This document shows positions 40,954 through 49,407 of a stretch of DNA of 64,000 nt, piece after piece (the first letter of the stretch is position 1; the number at the start of each line of letters is the position of its first letter). The notes under the pieces were generated by a model, which saw only the letters and a program-made list of their open reading frames with translations, was not told the DNA's origin and made no database searches. The translations under genes and the position numbers were made by a program. Source of the stretch: a virus. The stretch lies in the IMG/VR virus record IMGVR_UViG_3300009701_000001, positions 1 through 64,000 of that record. One strand, written 5' to 3'.

Positions 40954-42726
40954 ATGAATACTTCATTTAACCAGCCTAAAGGGCCGGTATCCAAAGAGTC
41001 TAACAAACAAGCTATTGCACGTTTGTTGGGTATCAAAAAATCTCAGGTATCTTATCTGACTACTGCGGTAGCTATTGATAGCTTCCAAGTTTTATTTGAA
41101 CCATCATCTCAACTGGTTTTTTGGCGGGGGGATGCTACCGGTATTCCTTCTACATGGACTGTTGATAATGGTGTTTGTACCATTACAACTTCTACTGGAG
41201 TCTATTCACTTTATGCAGCTTATGCACCTGCTCAGACTGCTCCATCAACATCAGAAGCAATCTCAGTAGATGATATGACTGTTACCAAGGGTAGTTACGA
41301 TGTAATCCCTTACCCAGATGAGTTACAAGCAGTTGCAGCACACACATTTGGGGGTTCCAAGAATACTGGTACTGTTTTGATAGATCAGTTATGCCGACCA
41401 ATCTTTGCTTCTTCTGTGGATGGTATGCCTGCTGGTGAACCGTTGATGGGAACCACTGCACAAGGTACCGGTTATTTTCGCGGACCCTATGAAGATGTTC
41501 TTGTATCCTTCAACGTTGCAGGAAAGGCTGATCCAGACAAGACATATAAGTTGTTATGTTCTACCGATGAGGTAACTAAACGACCACGTTTTGCTATGGT
41601 TCATCCACGTACTTATGACAAAGAAGGGTTAATTACATTTGACCCATTCTTGTACGCATATGGTACCCCTTTCCGAAATCAGGTATTGGAAATTGCATCA
41701 CTAGGTTCTATTGGCTATGGATTATCTAAATCTTTTGATGCCGGTTTCCTATTTAATAACCCTGGTATTCGTTATTACAAAGTTGCAAGTTTTAATAACC
41801 CAACCAACGTAGGCAACGCATCCTTAACTGCTAAAATCGTAATAGGTAACTGGGGTTCTTATGCACAACGTTCATACAATTTAAGTGTGAATGCCCAAAA
41901 TGCTAAAAGCCAAACTGTTACTAAAGAAACTATTAATCAGTGGCTTCAATTTACTTGTGATCATGGTCGTCGCGATGCCAGAGTAGAATCTTCTGCATTG
42001 ACACCAAGTATGGGTATTGTCCAAGTTAAAGATGCCCAAGGTAATCCCACTGGTGTATTCGATGTGTATTTAAAACTCCCAACTAACTCACGTTTGTTTA
42101 GTTGTACAGTTTTGAACAATGGTGATGATACTGTCATTAGTATGGATTGGACACTGGCAACAACTCGTTATACTGATTTGCTGTCAACTGAACCGACCGG
42201 TATTGTCTATGCTAAAACAGCATGGCCTTTCACTTCTAATGATACCATTATGCTTAACAATGGTACTTTGGTTCCATTTATGGGAAGTGCTGTATTACGT
42301 GTAGGTGCAACAAATATTGCAACTAACAGACCAGACTTCTTACAGACTCCATTTGTTTCAGGAAGTGCCATTCATGCATATACAGATGTAAGTGCATCTT
42401 TGGCTGCAATGACTGTTACACAGAATGCGGATAATACCTATACGGTTACAGGTGCAACACTTACTTGGAATTCATTCCGTAGTAAAGAGCCTGTCCCATT
42501 CAACTCTCAAAGTGCTGGTAATACTTTCATCAAGCCAACGTACTATTTGGTATTTGATGCTGTGGATGCAACCGCAAAAACATTTACCTTCTCGATCCGT
42601 ACTAAGGTTACGACTGCAACTGTGAATTCCACAGTAACCCCTAATACGGTATCATTGTCTGAATCTTTGAGCGCCCCTATCGCAATTCCTGCGTATACCT
42701 GGGCTGACTTTGAAGTACGTTGGTAA
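40954..42726 (+). CDS. large tail/receptor-binding-module protein, unknown fold
   Basis: 590-aa ORF with AAGAGG SD, between the fibre-like genes and the beta-helix tailspike. No motif recognised. Confidence 0.4.
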   Translation: MNTSFNQPKGPVSKESNKQAIARLLGIKKSQVSYLTTAVAIDSFQVLFEPSSQLVFWRGDATGIPSTWTVDNGVCTITTSTGVYSLYAAYAPAQTAPSTSEAISVDDMTVTKGSYDVIPYPDELQAVAAHTFGGSKNTGTVLIDQLCRPIFASSVDGMPAGEPLMGTTAQGTGYFRGPYEDVLVSFNVAGKADPDKTYKLLCSTDEVTKRPRFAMVHPRTYDKEGLITFDPFLYAYGTPFRNQVLEIASLGSIGYGLSKSFDAGFLFNNPGIRYYKVASFNNPTNVGNASLTAKIVIGNWGSYAQRSYNLSVNAQNAKSQTVTKETINQWLQFTCDHGRRDARVESSALTPSMGIVQVKDAQGNPTGVFDVYLKLPTNSRLFSCTVLNNGDDTVISMDWTLATTRYTDLLSTEPTGIVYAKTAWPFTSNDTIMLNNGTLVPFMGSAVLRVGATNIATNRPDFLQTPFVSGSAIHAYTDVSASLAAMTVTQNADNTYTVTGATLTWNSFRSKEPVPFNSQSAGNTFIKPTYYLVFDAVDATAKTFTFSIRTKVTTATVNSTVTPNTVSLSESLSAPIAIPAYTWADFEVRW

Positions 42727-42740
42727 GAGGGCTACCCATA

Positions 42741-44390
42741 ATGAATTATTTATACGTTAATCCAAAGTCACCAACGGGTGTTCCTGAATTGGGTACTATG
42801 GCAGCACCATTCCGTACTATGAGTGCTTTGATCGCAGGGGGTATTACTCACCCCTGTACCATCTTCTTAAAGCGTAATACTACGCTAGTAGATGATGCTA
42901 ATTTTGGTACTACTATGGTTAACCCTACTAGTACTGAATCTGTGATCATGCCTTATGGTTCTGGACGTAGACCACGTTGGTTTAAAAAATCTACCTCTGG
43001 TACGCATATTCGTATGGCAGATGCACGCAACTGTCGTATCAAAGGTTATGATTTACGTGAGAGAAATGATCGAACTACTGTGAACAATGGTGGTAGTTAT
43101 ATTGATATCACTCTTGTGAATAACACTGCTCAAGCCATTGATTCCAATGTCTGGATTGATGATGTTAACCTTACAGGACCATCGCATAACCGTTCTGGTT
43201 TAGTAGGCGGTAATAAGTCTATTTATATTCATGCAGCAGATGCTAATACCAACCGTGTTAATAAGTTTGGTTTACTCAACTCTAAACTTCGTAATTTGTC
43301 TCGTGGTGTTCAGTTACAGGGTGTAGATCTTGCTGATGATAAAACGGATAACTCCAAGGGTACATACTACTCAAGAGGCGTTGTTGTTCGTAAAACTGCC
43401 TTTGTAGGTATGAGTAATGGTGCTGTCTGTTTTGTTGGTATAGAGAGTCCTGTTAGTGCATACACCACTGATGCAGACCAATCAGGGGCTTTCCGTTGCA
43501 CTTACAGTTCCTACCGTTGGGACAGATATGATGGCACTACAATTCGTCCTGATGCAGCATTCTGGACATACCATTGTAATAATGTCATGTTTGAACGTCT
43601 AACAGGTGGGGGTATGCAACCTACTGAGGCTGACTCTGAGTTTATTGACTTTGACGGTTTGTCATGGGGTTGTGTAGCACGTTTCATTGTTTCTTATAAC
43701 AATGGTGCAGGTAGCTTGTGGATCTCTACAGATAAGCAACCTCGTGCAGCTTATTCAGACTATAGTACGGTATACACTGAGTTTGAATGGTATTACACAC
43801 GAAGAAATGGATCTGGTAATAACGTCATTGAATACTCAATTTTCTATAATGACGGAAACCAGAAAGCGTATGTTAATCCAAGTACCTCATGTGCTTACCA
43901 TCGCTACACAGGTTATCAATATGGAAACATTGTTCGCAATGTTGTGCATATCAATACTACTGCGGAAAACTATCAGTACATTCTGCATGACTCCTTTGCA
44001 GCAGTTACATCACAGGTACCTTCTATTACCTTTGATAGCTGTATGTTCTACTGGTTGTACTCAGTAAATACTGCAATGGTTTCAGATACAGGAAGGCTGA
44101 ATTCTACAACTTTGAAGTTTGTTAACTGCTTGATTAACTCTAAAGTATGGGCAACAGCAGACATTACGGCTATGCTTGCAAACTTAGGAGCAGTTGCTTC
44201 ATTGACTGGTACTTTAACGGGTGATCCACTGTTTGAATTTGTACCTACTCAACCATTGGTAAGTTTGGATGCAGCTAAGTTAATGAACCTGTTGTCTACT
44301 AGTCCTTGCTGGGGTGCAGGATCACAATCTACCTCAATGGATATTAATGGTAAGCAACCTAAAGATATCTTCTGGAGAGCACCTTCATGA
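42741..44390 (+). CDS. tailspike candidate with right-handed beta-helix (pectate-lyase-like) repeats
   Basis: The track start 42720 is TTG, and ATG 42741 (MNYLYVNP) follows AGAGGG. Periodic N/G/V-rich repeats (NCRIKGYDL, IDITLVNNT, VWIDDVNLTG, IYIHAADAN, LLNSKLRNLSRGVQLQGV) suggest a parallel beta-helix depolymerase. Confidence 0.45.
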   Translation: MNYLYVNPKSPTGVPELGTMAAPFRTMSALIAGGITHPCTIFLKRNTTLVDDANFGTTMVNPTSTESVIMPYGSGRRPRWFKKSTSGTHIRMADARNCRIKGYDLRERNDRTTVNNGGSYIDITLVNNTAQAIDSNVWIDDVNLTGPSHNRSGLVGGNKSIYIHAADANTNRVNKFGLLNSKLRNLSRGVQLQGVDLADDKTDNSKGTYYSRGVVVRKTAFVGMSNGAVCFVGIESPVSAYTTDADQSGAFRCTYSSYRWDRYDGTTIRPDAAFWTYHCNNVMFERLTGGGMQPTEADSEFIDFDGLSWGCVARFIVSYNNGAGSLWISTDKQPRAAYSDYSTVYTEFEWYYTRRNGSGNNVIEYSIFYNDGNQKAYVNPSTSCAYHRYTGYQYGNIVRNVVHINTTAENYQYILHDSFAAVTSQVPSITFDSCMFYWLYSVNTAMVSDTGRLNSTTLKFVNCLINSKVWATADITAMLANLGAVASLTGTLTGDPLFEFVPTQPLVSLDAAKLMNLLSTSPCWGAGSQSTSMDINGKQPKDIFWRAPS

Positions 44391-44626
44391 ATTACAATGA
44401 TGCTTTAGTAATTGTAAATACAAGTGGCACAGTTCAACGTCCCGGTTCAGCTTTCACTGTATTTAAAGGTTCTGTTACTTTCATCTCGATCAGTAATGAT
44501 GATGCGGGTAACATGGTGGAAACACCTACTCTAATCCAGGGGATCATTCGTAAAGAGGGTAAAGTGTACTCTAACTACGAACCTTCCCAAGATGACTTAG
44601 ATGCAAGTGATTGGTTTGAAGTCTAA
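44387..44626 (+). CDS. small hypothetical protein coupled to the tailspike gene
   Basis: 79 aa with an ATGA overlap to the tailspike stop, followed by a strong terminator. Confidence 0.4.
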   Translation: MNYNDALVIVNTSGTVQRPGSAFTVFKGSVTFISISNDDAGNMVETPTLIQGIIRKEGKVYSNYEPSQDDLDASDWFEV

Positions 44627-44642
44627 ACTTTAGTAAAAGTAT

Positions 44643-44667
44643 AAGGCTCCTTCGGGAGCCTTTTTAA
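44643..44667 (+). terminator. intrinsic terminator
   Basis: AAGGCTCC-ttcg-GGAGCCTT followed by TTTAAT. Confidence 0.8.
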
Positions 44668-44680
44668 TGGAGAGCGTAAT

Positions 44681-45145
44681 ATGAATACAAATCGCAAAGC
44701 GTTCTTGGGTATGCTCGCTTGGGCCGAAGGCACGAGTACGAGCAAATACACCAAGAACAATGGTTATGACAAAATCGTTGATGGCATTAACTCACCTAAA
44801 ATATTCACGGATTATTCAAAGCATCCTAATATTCTGGTTCAAGTTAATGCCACCTTGAAATCTACGGCAGCAGGTCGTTACCAATTGTTGTATCGCTATT
44901 GGCAACCCTATATCAAACTTCTTGGTTTGACTGGCTTCACGCCTGATGTACAGGATGCTATTGCCATCCAGCAGATTAAAGAACGTAAAGCTCTGGATGA
45001 TATTGACTCAGGTAACATTGCTTCTGCTATTGCTAAGTGCTCTAACATTTGGGCTAGCTTGCCGGGCAATACATATGGTCAAAAGCAACATCAAGTTGAT
45101 AACTTAATTGACCAGTATAAGAAACAAGGTGGTACTCTCGCATGA
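44681..45145 (+). CDS. endolysin, lambda R-type lytic transglycosylase (GH24-like fold)
   Basis: 154 aa that aligns along its whole length with lambda R as I remember it: NRKAFLGMLAWAEGTS (catalytic Glu), NGYD, FTDYSKHP, AAGRYQLL, QDAIAIQQIKERKAL, CSNIWASLPG. No SAR or signal sequence. Confidence 0.9.
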   Translation: MNTNRKAFLGMLAWAEGTSTSKYTKNNGYDKIVDGINSPKIFTDYSKHPNILVQVNATLKSTAAGRYQLLYRYWQPYIKLLGLTGFTPDVQDAIAIQQIKERKALDDIDSGNIASAIAKCSNIWASLPGNTYGQKQHQVDNLIDQYKKQGGTLA

Positions 45146-45390
45146 GTTTAATACCTCAATGGAAACTGGCGTGGCGTTGGTACTCAATGCACGCTCTGGT
45201 AATTGCAGCAGCTTTACCTTTTGTATGGGATTATCTACCTACAGGGTATGAACCACCTGAATGGGCAAAGCTCACTATCTCAGCTTTAGCTGGTATCTCT
45301 GGTTTAATTGGCAGACTGGTTTTGCAAGAGAAGCCAGTAACACAGGAACAACAAAGTGAAACTGAAAGTAACAATAACCCGACAGCTTAA
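45142..45390 (+). CDS. two-TMD holin candidate
   Basis: 82 aa with an ATGA overlap to the endolysin stop. Two hydrophobic helices (HALVIAAALPFVW and LTISALAGISGLIGRLVL) and a hydrophilic charged C-terminal tail. Confidence 0.5.
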   Translation: MSLIPQWKLAWRWYSMHALVIAAALPFVWDYLPTGYEPPEWAKLTISALAGISGLIGRLVLQEKPVTQEQQSETESNNNPTA

Positions 45391-45670
45391 GCGTATGCTT
45401 ATTCTGATCCCACTATGTCTTATGGCAGCTTCATGTACTGAGTTATCAAGGGTTTCTTCTAATCCTACTACCTCAAATAGCTGTGGTAAGACCCTTGAAT
45501 TCAAGAATTTAACGGAGTACCCAAAGTGTGAAGAGTGCGATAAATCAGTTGATCCCACTGTTCTTAAAAATTATATTCAAGAACAGAAAAATTGGGCAAT
45601 CAGATCAATTAGTATTACAACCTACAATTCAGCCATTCGCGATCAGACCATTGAATGTATTAATCACTGA
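45356..45670 (+). CDS. secreted lipoprotein (outer-membrane spanin subunit or exclusion lipoprotein)
   Basis: GTG start with AGGAA 8 nt upstream. Signal peptide MKLKVTITRQLKRMLILIPLCLMAAS|C with a lipobox-like AAS-C. The mature part has five more Cys. Overlaps the holin candidate by 35 nt. Confidence 0.55.
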   Translation: MKLKVTITRQLKRMLILIPLCLMAASCTELSRVSSNPTTSNSCGKTLEFKNLTEYPKCEECDKSVDPTVLKNYIQEQKNWAIRSISITTYNSAIRDQTIECINH

Positions 45671-45713
45671 TTCTATGGCTCTAACAACTTTTAAACCAAA
45701 AGAAGATAAAACT

Positions 45714-46094
45714 ATGTCAAACCTAAACTTAGCTTCACTTTCTGCAATTCTTGGGGGTATTTCCTCTATCTCATCTGGAGTTGTTACTGTTGTCAGTAAT
45801 GGTGTTCAGCTTCTCACGATCCTTAAAAGTGCGGTCGTTAAAGTAGAAGACCAGTTCAGTTCCCTATCGGGTACTGGTGCAACGAAGAAAGAAATCGTAA
45901 TGGGTACACTGGCTGTCGCGGCAGAAGTGCTGGGCGAGTCATGGGAGTCCATTAAGGCTTATTTCTCTGCTCTGGTTGATTCAATTATATCAGTCTACAA
46001 TCAGGCTAAACTGGTGTTGTCTCAGGTATTAGTTGGGCCTGTACAAACTATCCTAGTGGATGCTGCACCCGAACTTACCCCTGTAATCGAGTAG
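45714..46094 (+). CDS. membrane-anchored protein, possibly an LL-H-type holin or the inner-membrane spanin partner
   Basis: The track ORF starts at 45528 but overlaps the lipoprotein gene, so I prefer ATG 45714 (MSNLNLASLSAILGGISSISSGVVTVV). One N-terminal hydrophobic helix. TGATKKEIVMGTLAVAAEVLGESWESIKAYFSALVDSII resembles LL-H holin family members from memory. Confidence 0.35.
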   Translation: MSNLNLASLSAILGGISSISSGVVTVVSNGVQLLTILKSAVVKVEDQFSSLSGTGATKKEIVMGTLAVAAEVLGESWESIKAYFSALVDSIISVYNQAKLVLSQVLVGPVQTILVDAAPELTPVIE

Positions 46095-46168
46095 GCAAAA
46101 CTGTAGGTATTCAGGTACACTAACTACCTTGCATATCTTTTTTAAATTGACGAAGAGGTTAACTATAA

Positions 46169-46507
46169 ATGGCTGATAAAATTACTTTGAATGCCCTAGA
46201 CGAACAAGATGGTGTACGTGGTACCGATCCTATCGGTAAAGATGTCCCTACTACTGACGCTATCGTCCGTGCTGGTGGCGACTTCCTTTATCTGAAAATG
46301 GCTGGCATGATTCACGTTAATGACGCGATCATTGCTGCTATTCAGAAGGGCGATTTTGCGGGTGCAGTCAGTGAAGCTACCACTACTACTGCCGGTATTG
46401 TTAAGAAAGCTGCTACTCAGGCCAACTCCACCGCTACTGACGTTGCTGGTTTGGTTGCAGACTTTAACTCCCTGCTTGCGAAGCTTAAAGCTGCCGGTCT
46501 GATGTAA
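46169..46507 (+). CDS. Ala/Thr-rich small protein, probably virion-associated
   Basis: 112 aa with GAAGAGG SD, biased codons and its own strong terminator. C terminus TATDVAGLVADFNSLLAKLKAAGLM. Confidence 0.45.
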   Translation: MADKITLNALDEQDGVRGTDPIGKDVPTTDAIVRAGGDFLYLKMAGMIHVNDAIIAAIQKGDFAGAVSEATTTTAGIVKKAATQANSTATDVAGLVADFNSLLAKLKAAGLM

Positions 46508-46525
46508 TATCAGATATTAAAATAG

Positions 46526-46552
46526 AAGCCTCCTAAGTGGAGGCTTTTTTAT
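46526..46552 (+). terminator. intrinsic terminator at the convergence point of the + island and the - block
   Basis: AAGCCTCC-taagt-GGAGGCTT followed by TTTTTATT. Confidence 0.8.
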
Positions 46553-46555
46553 TGC

Positions 46556-46789
46556 TTAGTCATTACCACCACTGGCACTTCTGAACTTCTTTATGGTGTA
46601 TAAATGATTTGAAGCCAGATGCCCAATGCTGCGATTATAAGTACGCTCACCTTCTAAAGTAGCGTTTCTCTCAGCTATCACTTCTGGCTTCTGGTTCAGC
46701 TTTTGTAATTTCCTTGAGCACTTACCGTGCACTCTTCTATTCCGGTGTTGTCCACAAACTGGACAAAACATTGGGTGTGACCAAATCAT
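46556..46789 (-). CDS. small CPxCG zinc-ribbon-like protein coupled to dam
   Basis: 77 aa with an ATGA overlap to the dam stop. N terminus FCPVCGQHRNRRVHGKC. Confidence 0.4.
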   Translation of the reverse strand: MIWSHPMFCPVCGQHRNRRVHGKCSRKLQKLNQKPEVIAERNATLEGERTYNRSIGHLASNHLYTIKKFRSASGGND

Positions 46790-47595
46790 CTAAGTATTGC
46801 CATAATGTCATTTGCATCGTGTCGGGTATCAGCATTGGCTGCGATATTTCTACGTGCAATCAGTGGGTGAATTTCAAAACCACTGGCCTTATATAAATCA
46901 ATAAGAGCAGGGGCTGAGCTATTGGTAATCATAACTTTAGCTCCACGTTTCTGGGCATCTAAACAACATTCTACCAACGATCGCTGGTGGTCCATTGTGA
47001 AGGTACTTCCTGTGTATGTAGTAAAGCCTTTCTTACCGGGTAATGGTTCGTAAGGTGGATCACAGAATACTGTGTCATCCTTTCTCACCAGTTTGAATAC
47101 CGATTTAAAATCTGCACTGAGTGTTGAAGTACAAATGTTTAATTGCAAGTACGTACCAAGTTCCTCTTCGGGAAAGTATGGTATTTCTTTCTGTCCCCAA
47201 GGCACATTGAAACCATTCTTGCTATAACGACTTAGGCCATTAAAACAAGTACGATTTAGTACTAAGAAGAAAACAGCTTTGCTGAAAGAATTATACTTAC
47301 CTGAATTAAACTGGCTACGAAGCTCAAGGTAACGTTGTTCTGAGTTAACCCACTTCTGTAGGTCTTTGGCTGCAAGGATTAAATCCCAGCCTTTCTGACC
47401 CACTAGATTTTGATATATACCTATCAAGTCTGGGTTCAGATCATTTACCAGAACATCAGTATATCCTGCATTCATGAAGATTGAGCCAGCACCTACGAAG
47501 GTTTCTACCAAACGTTTACCCTTTGGTAACAGAGGTAGTATCTGGTCTAACTGGCTTCGCTTGCCTCCTGCCCATCGAAGGAATGGTGTGATCAT
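46786..47595 (-). CDS. dam: DNA adenine methyltransferase (Dam family)
   Basis: 269 aa. N-terminal FLRWAGGKR (AdoMet-binding motif), catalytic FCDPPYEP (DPPY). GAGG SD. Confidence 0.85.
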   Translation of the reverse strand: MITPFLRWAGGKRSQLDQILPLLPKGKRLVETFVGAGSIFMNAGYTDVLVNDLNPDLIGIYQNLVGQKGWDLILAAKDLQKWVNSEQRYLELRSQFNSGKYNSFSKAVFFLVLNRTCFNGLSRYSKNGFNVPWGQKEIPYFPEEELGTYLQLNICTSTLSADFKSVFKLVRKDDTVFCDPPYEPLPGKKGFTTYTGSTFTMDHQRSLVECCLDAQKRGAKVMITNSSAPALIDLYKASGFEIHPLIARRNIAANADTRHDANDIMAILR

Positions 47596-47602
47596 TTTTA
47601 CC

Positions 47603-47630
47603 TCAATTAAAAAGCCCTCCGAAGAGGGCC
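47603..47630 (-). terminator. hairpin terminator upstream of dam
   Basis: On the - strand: GGCCCTC-ttcg-GAGGGC followed by TTTTTAATT. Confidence 0.55.
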
Positions 47631-47634
47631 AAAC

Positions 47635-48003
47635 TTACTTAGGGTTTACATTACTACCAGATAACAGTTTAGCCTCGATAATATTCTCAGCATGTTGCAG
47701 GATACGCCCACCAAGGTGAGCACATGCACAGGTGAAAATTAACCTTGTGATGCTATGTGGCATAGAATCTTGAAGGTTTGGATAGGTATCCCAAGCAAGG
47801 AAACCAACCAATACAGCTGCACCCACTTCTGTTACAACCCAGAGTAGAGGCAGTCCTGTTCCTTTGAGAAGTCTTCGACCAACTGAGATAAGGCCACTTG
47901 TTAAACTGATAATAATGGCTCCCGCTACTTGTGCAAAATAACTGGGTTCATTATCAGGTGTCATCTGTACGCGCTCCATTTTTAATATAAATGGATTGTA
48001 CAC
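47635..48003 (-). CDS. three-helix membrane protein (holin-like topology)
   Basis: 122 aa. Hydrophobic segments AQVAGAIIISLTSGLISV, LPLLWVVTEVGAAVLVGFLAW and ITRLIFTCACAHLGG. The start is uncertain (several Met codons). Confidence 0.4.
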   Translation of the reverse strand: MYNPFILKMERVQMTPDNEPSYFAQVAGAIIISLTSGLISVGRRLLKGTGLPLLWVVTEVGAAVLVGFLAWDTYPNLQDSMPHSITRLIFTCACAHLGGRILQHAENIIEAKLLSGSNVNPK

Positions 48004-48027
48004 AGCTCAGACTTATCTGACTATATT

Positions 48028-48369
48028 TTACCTTACGCCAAGCGTTGACATCAGCACACTACTTTCACTCAGAGGAACCAGATGGTAAAAGTTAAATTTA
48101 GATTTTGTTGGGGCATCACTGAAAGGATGAGTAAACGTATCCGTATGCCTTGAAGTGAGTAGAAAGACTTCACCTTTTTCATCTAGATCCAACTCCTGTA
48201 CGTATGGGGTATTGAATATCTGTTGCCCCATATCGTAAGTTTTAAACCGTAAGAATCGCCTAGCTCTATTCTGGTATATTGCTTCTGCAATACCTACATA
48301 AGTTACTATTCTTCCATCTATACAAATTATATCCGAATGCTGCATCAATAATTCGACAGGAATACCCAT
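48028..48369 (-). CDS. hypothetical protein
   Basis: 113-aa ORF, tightly packed and co-oriented with its neighbours. Confidence 0.4.
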   Translation of the reverse strand: MGIPVELLMQHSDIICIDGRIVTYVGIAEAIYQNRARRFLRFKTYDMGQQIFNTPYVQELDLDEKGEVFLLTSRHTDTFTHPFSDAPTKSKFNFYHLVPLSESSVLMSTLGVR

Positions 48370-48370
48370 A

Positions 48371-48724
48371 CTAGTTACCCCGGATACGCTTGAACTCTCC
48401 TAGTAGTTTTTCATGGAGAACCGATCCCCACGTTATCACTTCCAGATTTTTGAATTGAATTAGACCAAACCTACTTTCTGCAACAAGTTTTTCAAGTTGA
48501 ATACGATCAGAGGCATCGTATTGATGCAGCCTGATAGTCTGGTCAGGTATACCAATATCCCCTGTGATTTTACCTGCAAAACCTTGGAGGATATGATTAC
48601 CCCATAAAGGAGTGAAGGGCTTACTCAATGATAACTGGCTTGGAAGACTTGATGTACCATCCTCCAGATTAAGATGAATACCATCACAAACCAGACGGGA
48701 AAGGGCTATTGATATAGTTGCCAT
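48371..48724 (-). CDS. hypothetical protein
   Basis: 117-aa ORF, separated by 2 nt from both flanking genes. Confidence 0.4.
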   Translation of the reverse strand: MATISIALSRLVCDGIHLNLEDGTSSLPSQLSLSKPFTPLWGNHILQGFAGKITGDIGIPDQTIRLHQYDASDRIQLEKLVAESRFGLIQFKNLEVITWGSVLHEKLLGEFKRIRGN

Positions 48725-48726
48725 AG

Positions 48727-49185
48727 TTAACCTGCAAAGCGTGGATAGTGGATTACATGAATACCAAGATCTGTAGCCGCTTTGGTGTTCTTACCGTCAT
48801 CGTCAATGAAGACAATATCAAAGTGGTTAGCATAGGTATGCATACGGGCAGCTCGAAGAATTTCCAGTTTATAGTCAGAAGATGATCGGTTATCTCCCTT
48901 CATACGAAAGAATGTTGTAGGCACGACTTCAAGTCCGTGTTCCATATACCATGCTATGGTTTCTTCTTCCAAACCGGTTGAGCGGTTAGTTAGTAGCGCA
49001 ACCTTATAGCCTACTTTGGCATATGAATTAATAAGCTTAATCATTTTCTTATTAATCAGCTCATTCTTAAATGCTGCGTGCCAGTTAAACCATTCCTCAT
49101 TAATCCAAGGGGATTTTGGTAAGAAGGCTTCTCGGCAAACTTGACTGTTGATTACACCATCACAATCTACAAAAAGTAATTTCAT
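48727..49185 (-). CDS. HAD-superfamily phosphatase (nucleotidase / polynucleotide 3'-phosphatase-like)
   Basis: 152 aa. Motif I LFVDCDGVIN (DxDxV), motif II ALLTNRS, motif III/IV K...VFIDDDGKN. Confidence 0.6.
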   Translation of the reverse strand: MKLLFVDCDGVINSQVCREAFLPKSPWINEEWFNWHAAFKNELINKKMIKLINSYAKVGYKVALLTNRSTGLEEETIAWYMEHGLEVVPTTFFRMKGDNRSSSDYKLEILRAARMHTYANHFDIVFIDDDGKNTKAATDLGIHVIHYPRFAG

Positions 49186-49192
49186 TGTTTGT

Positions 49193-49219
49193 ACTCAAAG
49201 AAAAGTCCCCGAAGGGACT
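49193..49219 (-). terminator. hairpin terminator
   Basis: On the - strand: AGTCCC-ttcg-GGGACT followed by TTTCTTTG. The upstream gene's stop codon abuts the hairpin on its upstream side. Confidence 0.5.
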
Positions 49220-49407
49220 TAGTTAAATAGTGGAGCTAAGGTTTCAGATCCGTAGTTCCATACAATCCAGTCATCATCAATTTCGAGGTCATCCAGTATT
49301 TCATATACCTGGTCCTCTGTTACCTGTGACTGGGTTACCTGCCCATTTACCTGAACAGTGTAAAGCTTATTTGCTTCTCGGATTTCACTTGCTAGGCGAT
49401 TTCTCAT
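49219..49407 (-). CDS. small acidic hypothetical protein
   Basis: Track ORF 49219..49452. ATG 49407 (MRNRLASEI) limits the overlap with the polymerase 3' end to about 23 nt. Confidence 0.35.
   Translation of the reverse strand: MRNRLASEIREANKLYTVQVNGQVTQSQVTEDQVYEILDDLEIDDDWIVWNYGSETLAPLFN

Noticed and set aside
45528-45713. Upstream extension of the 45528..46094 ORF
   Set aside because: It would overlap the lipoprotein gene by about 140 nt in another frame. An internal ATG at 45714 begins a sensible N-terminal membrane helix just after the lipoprotein stop.
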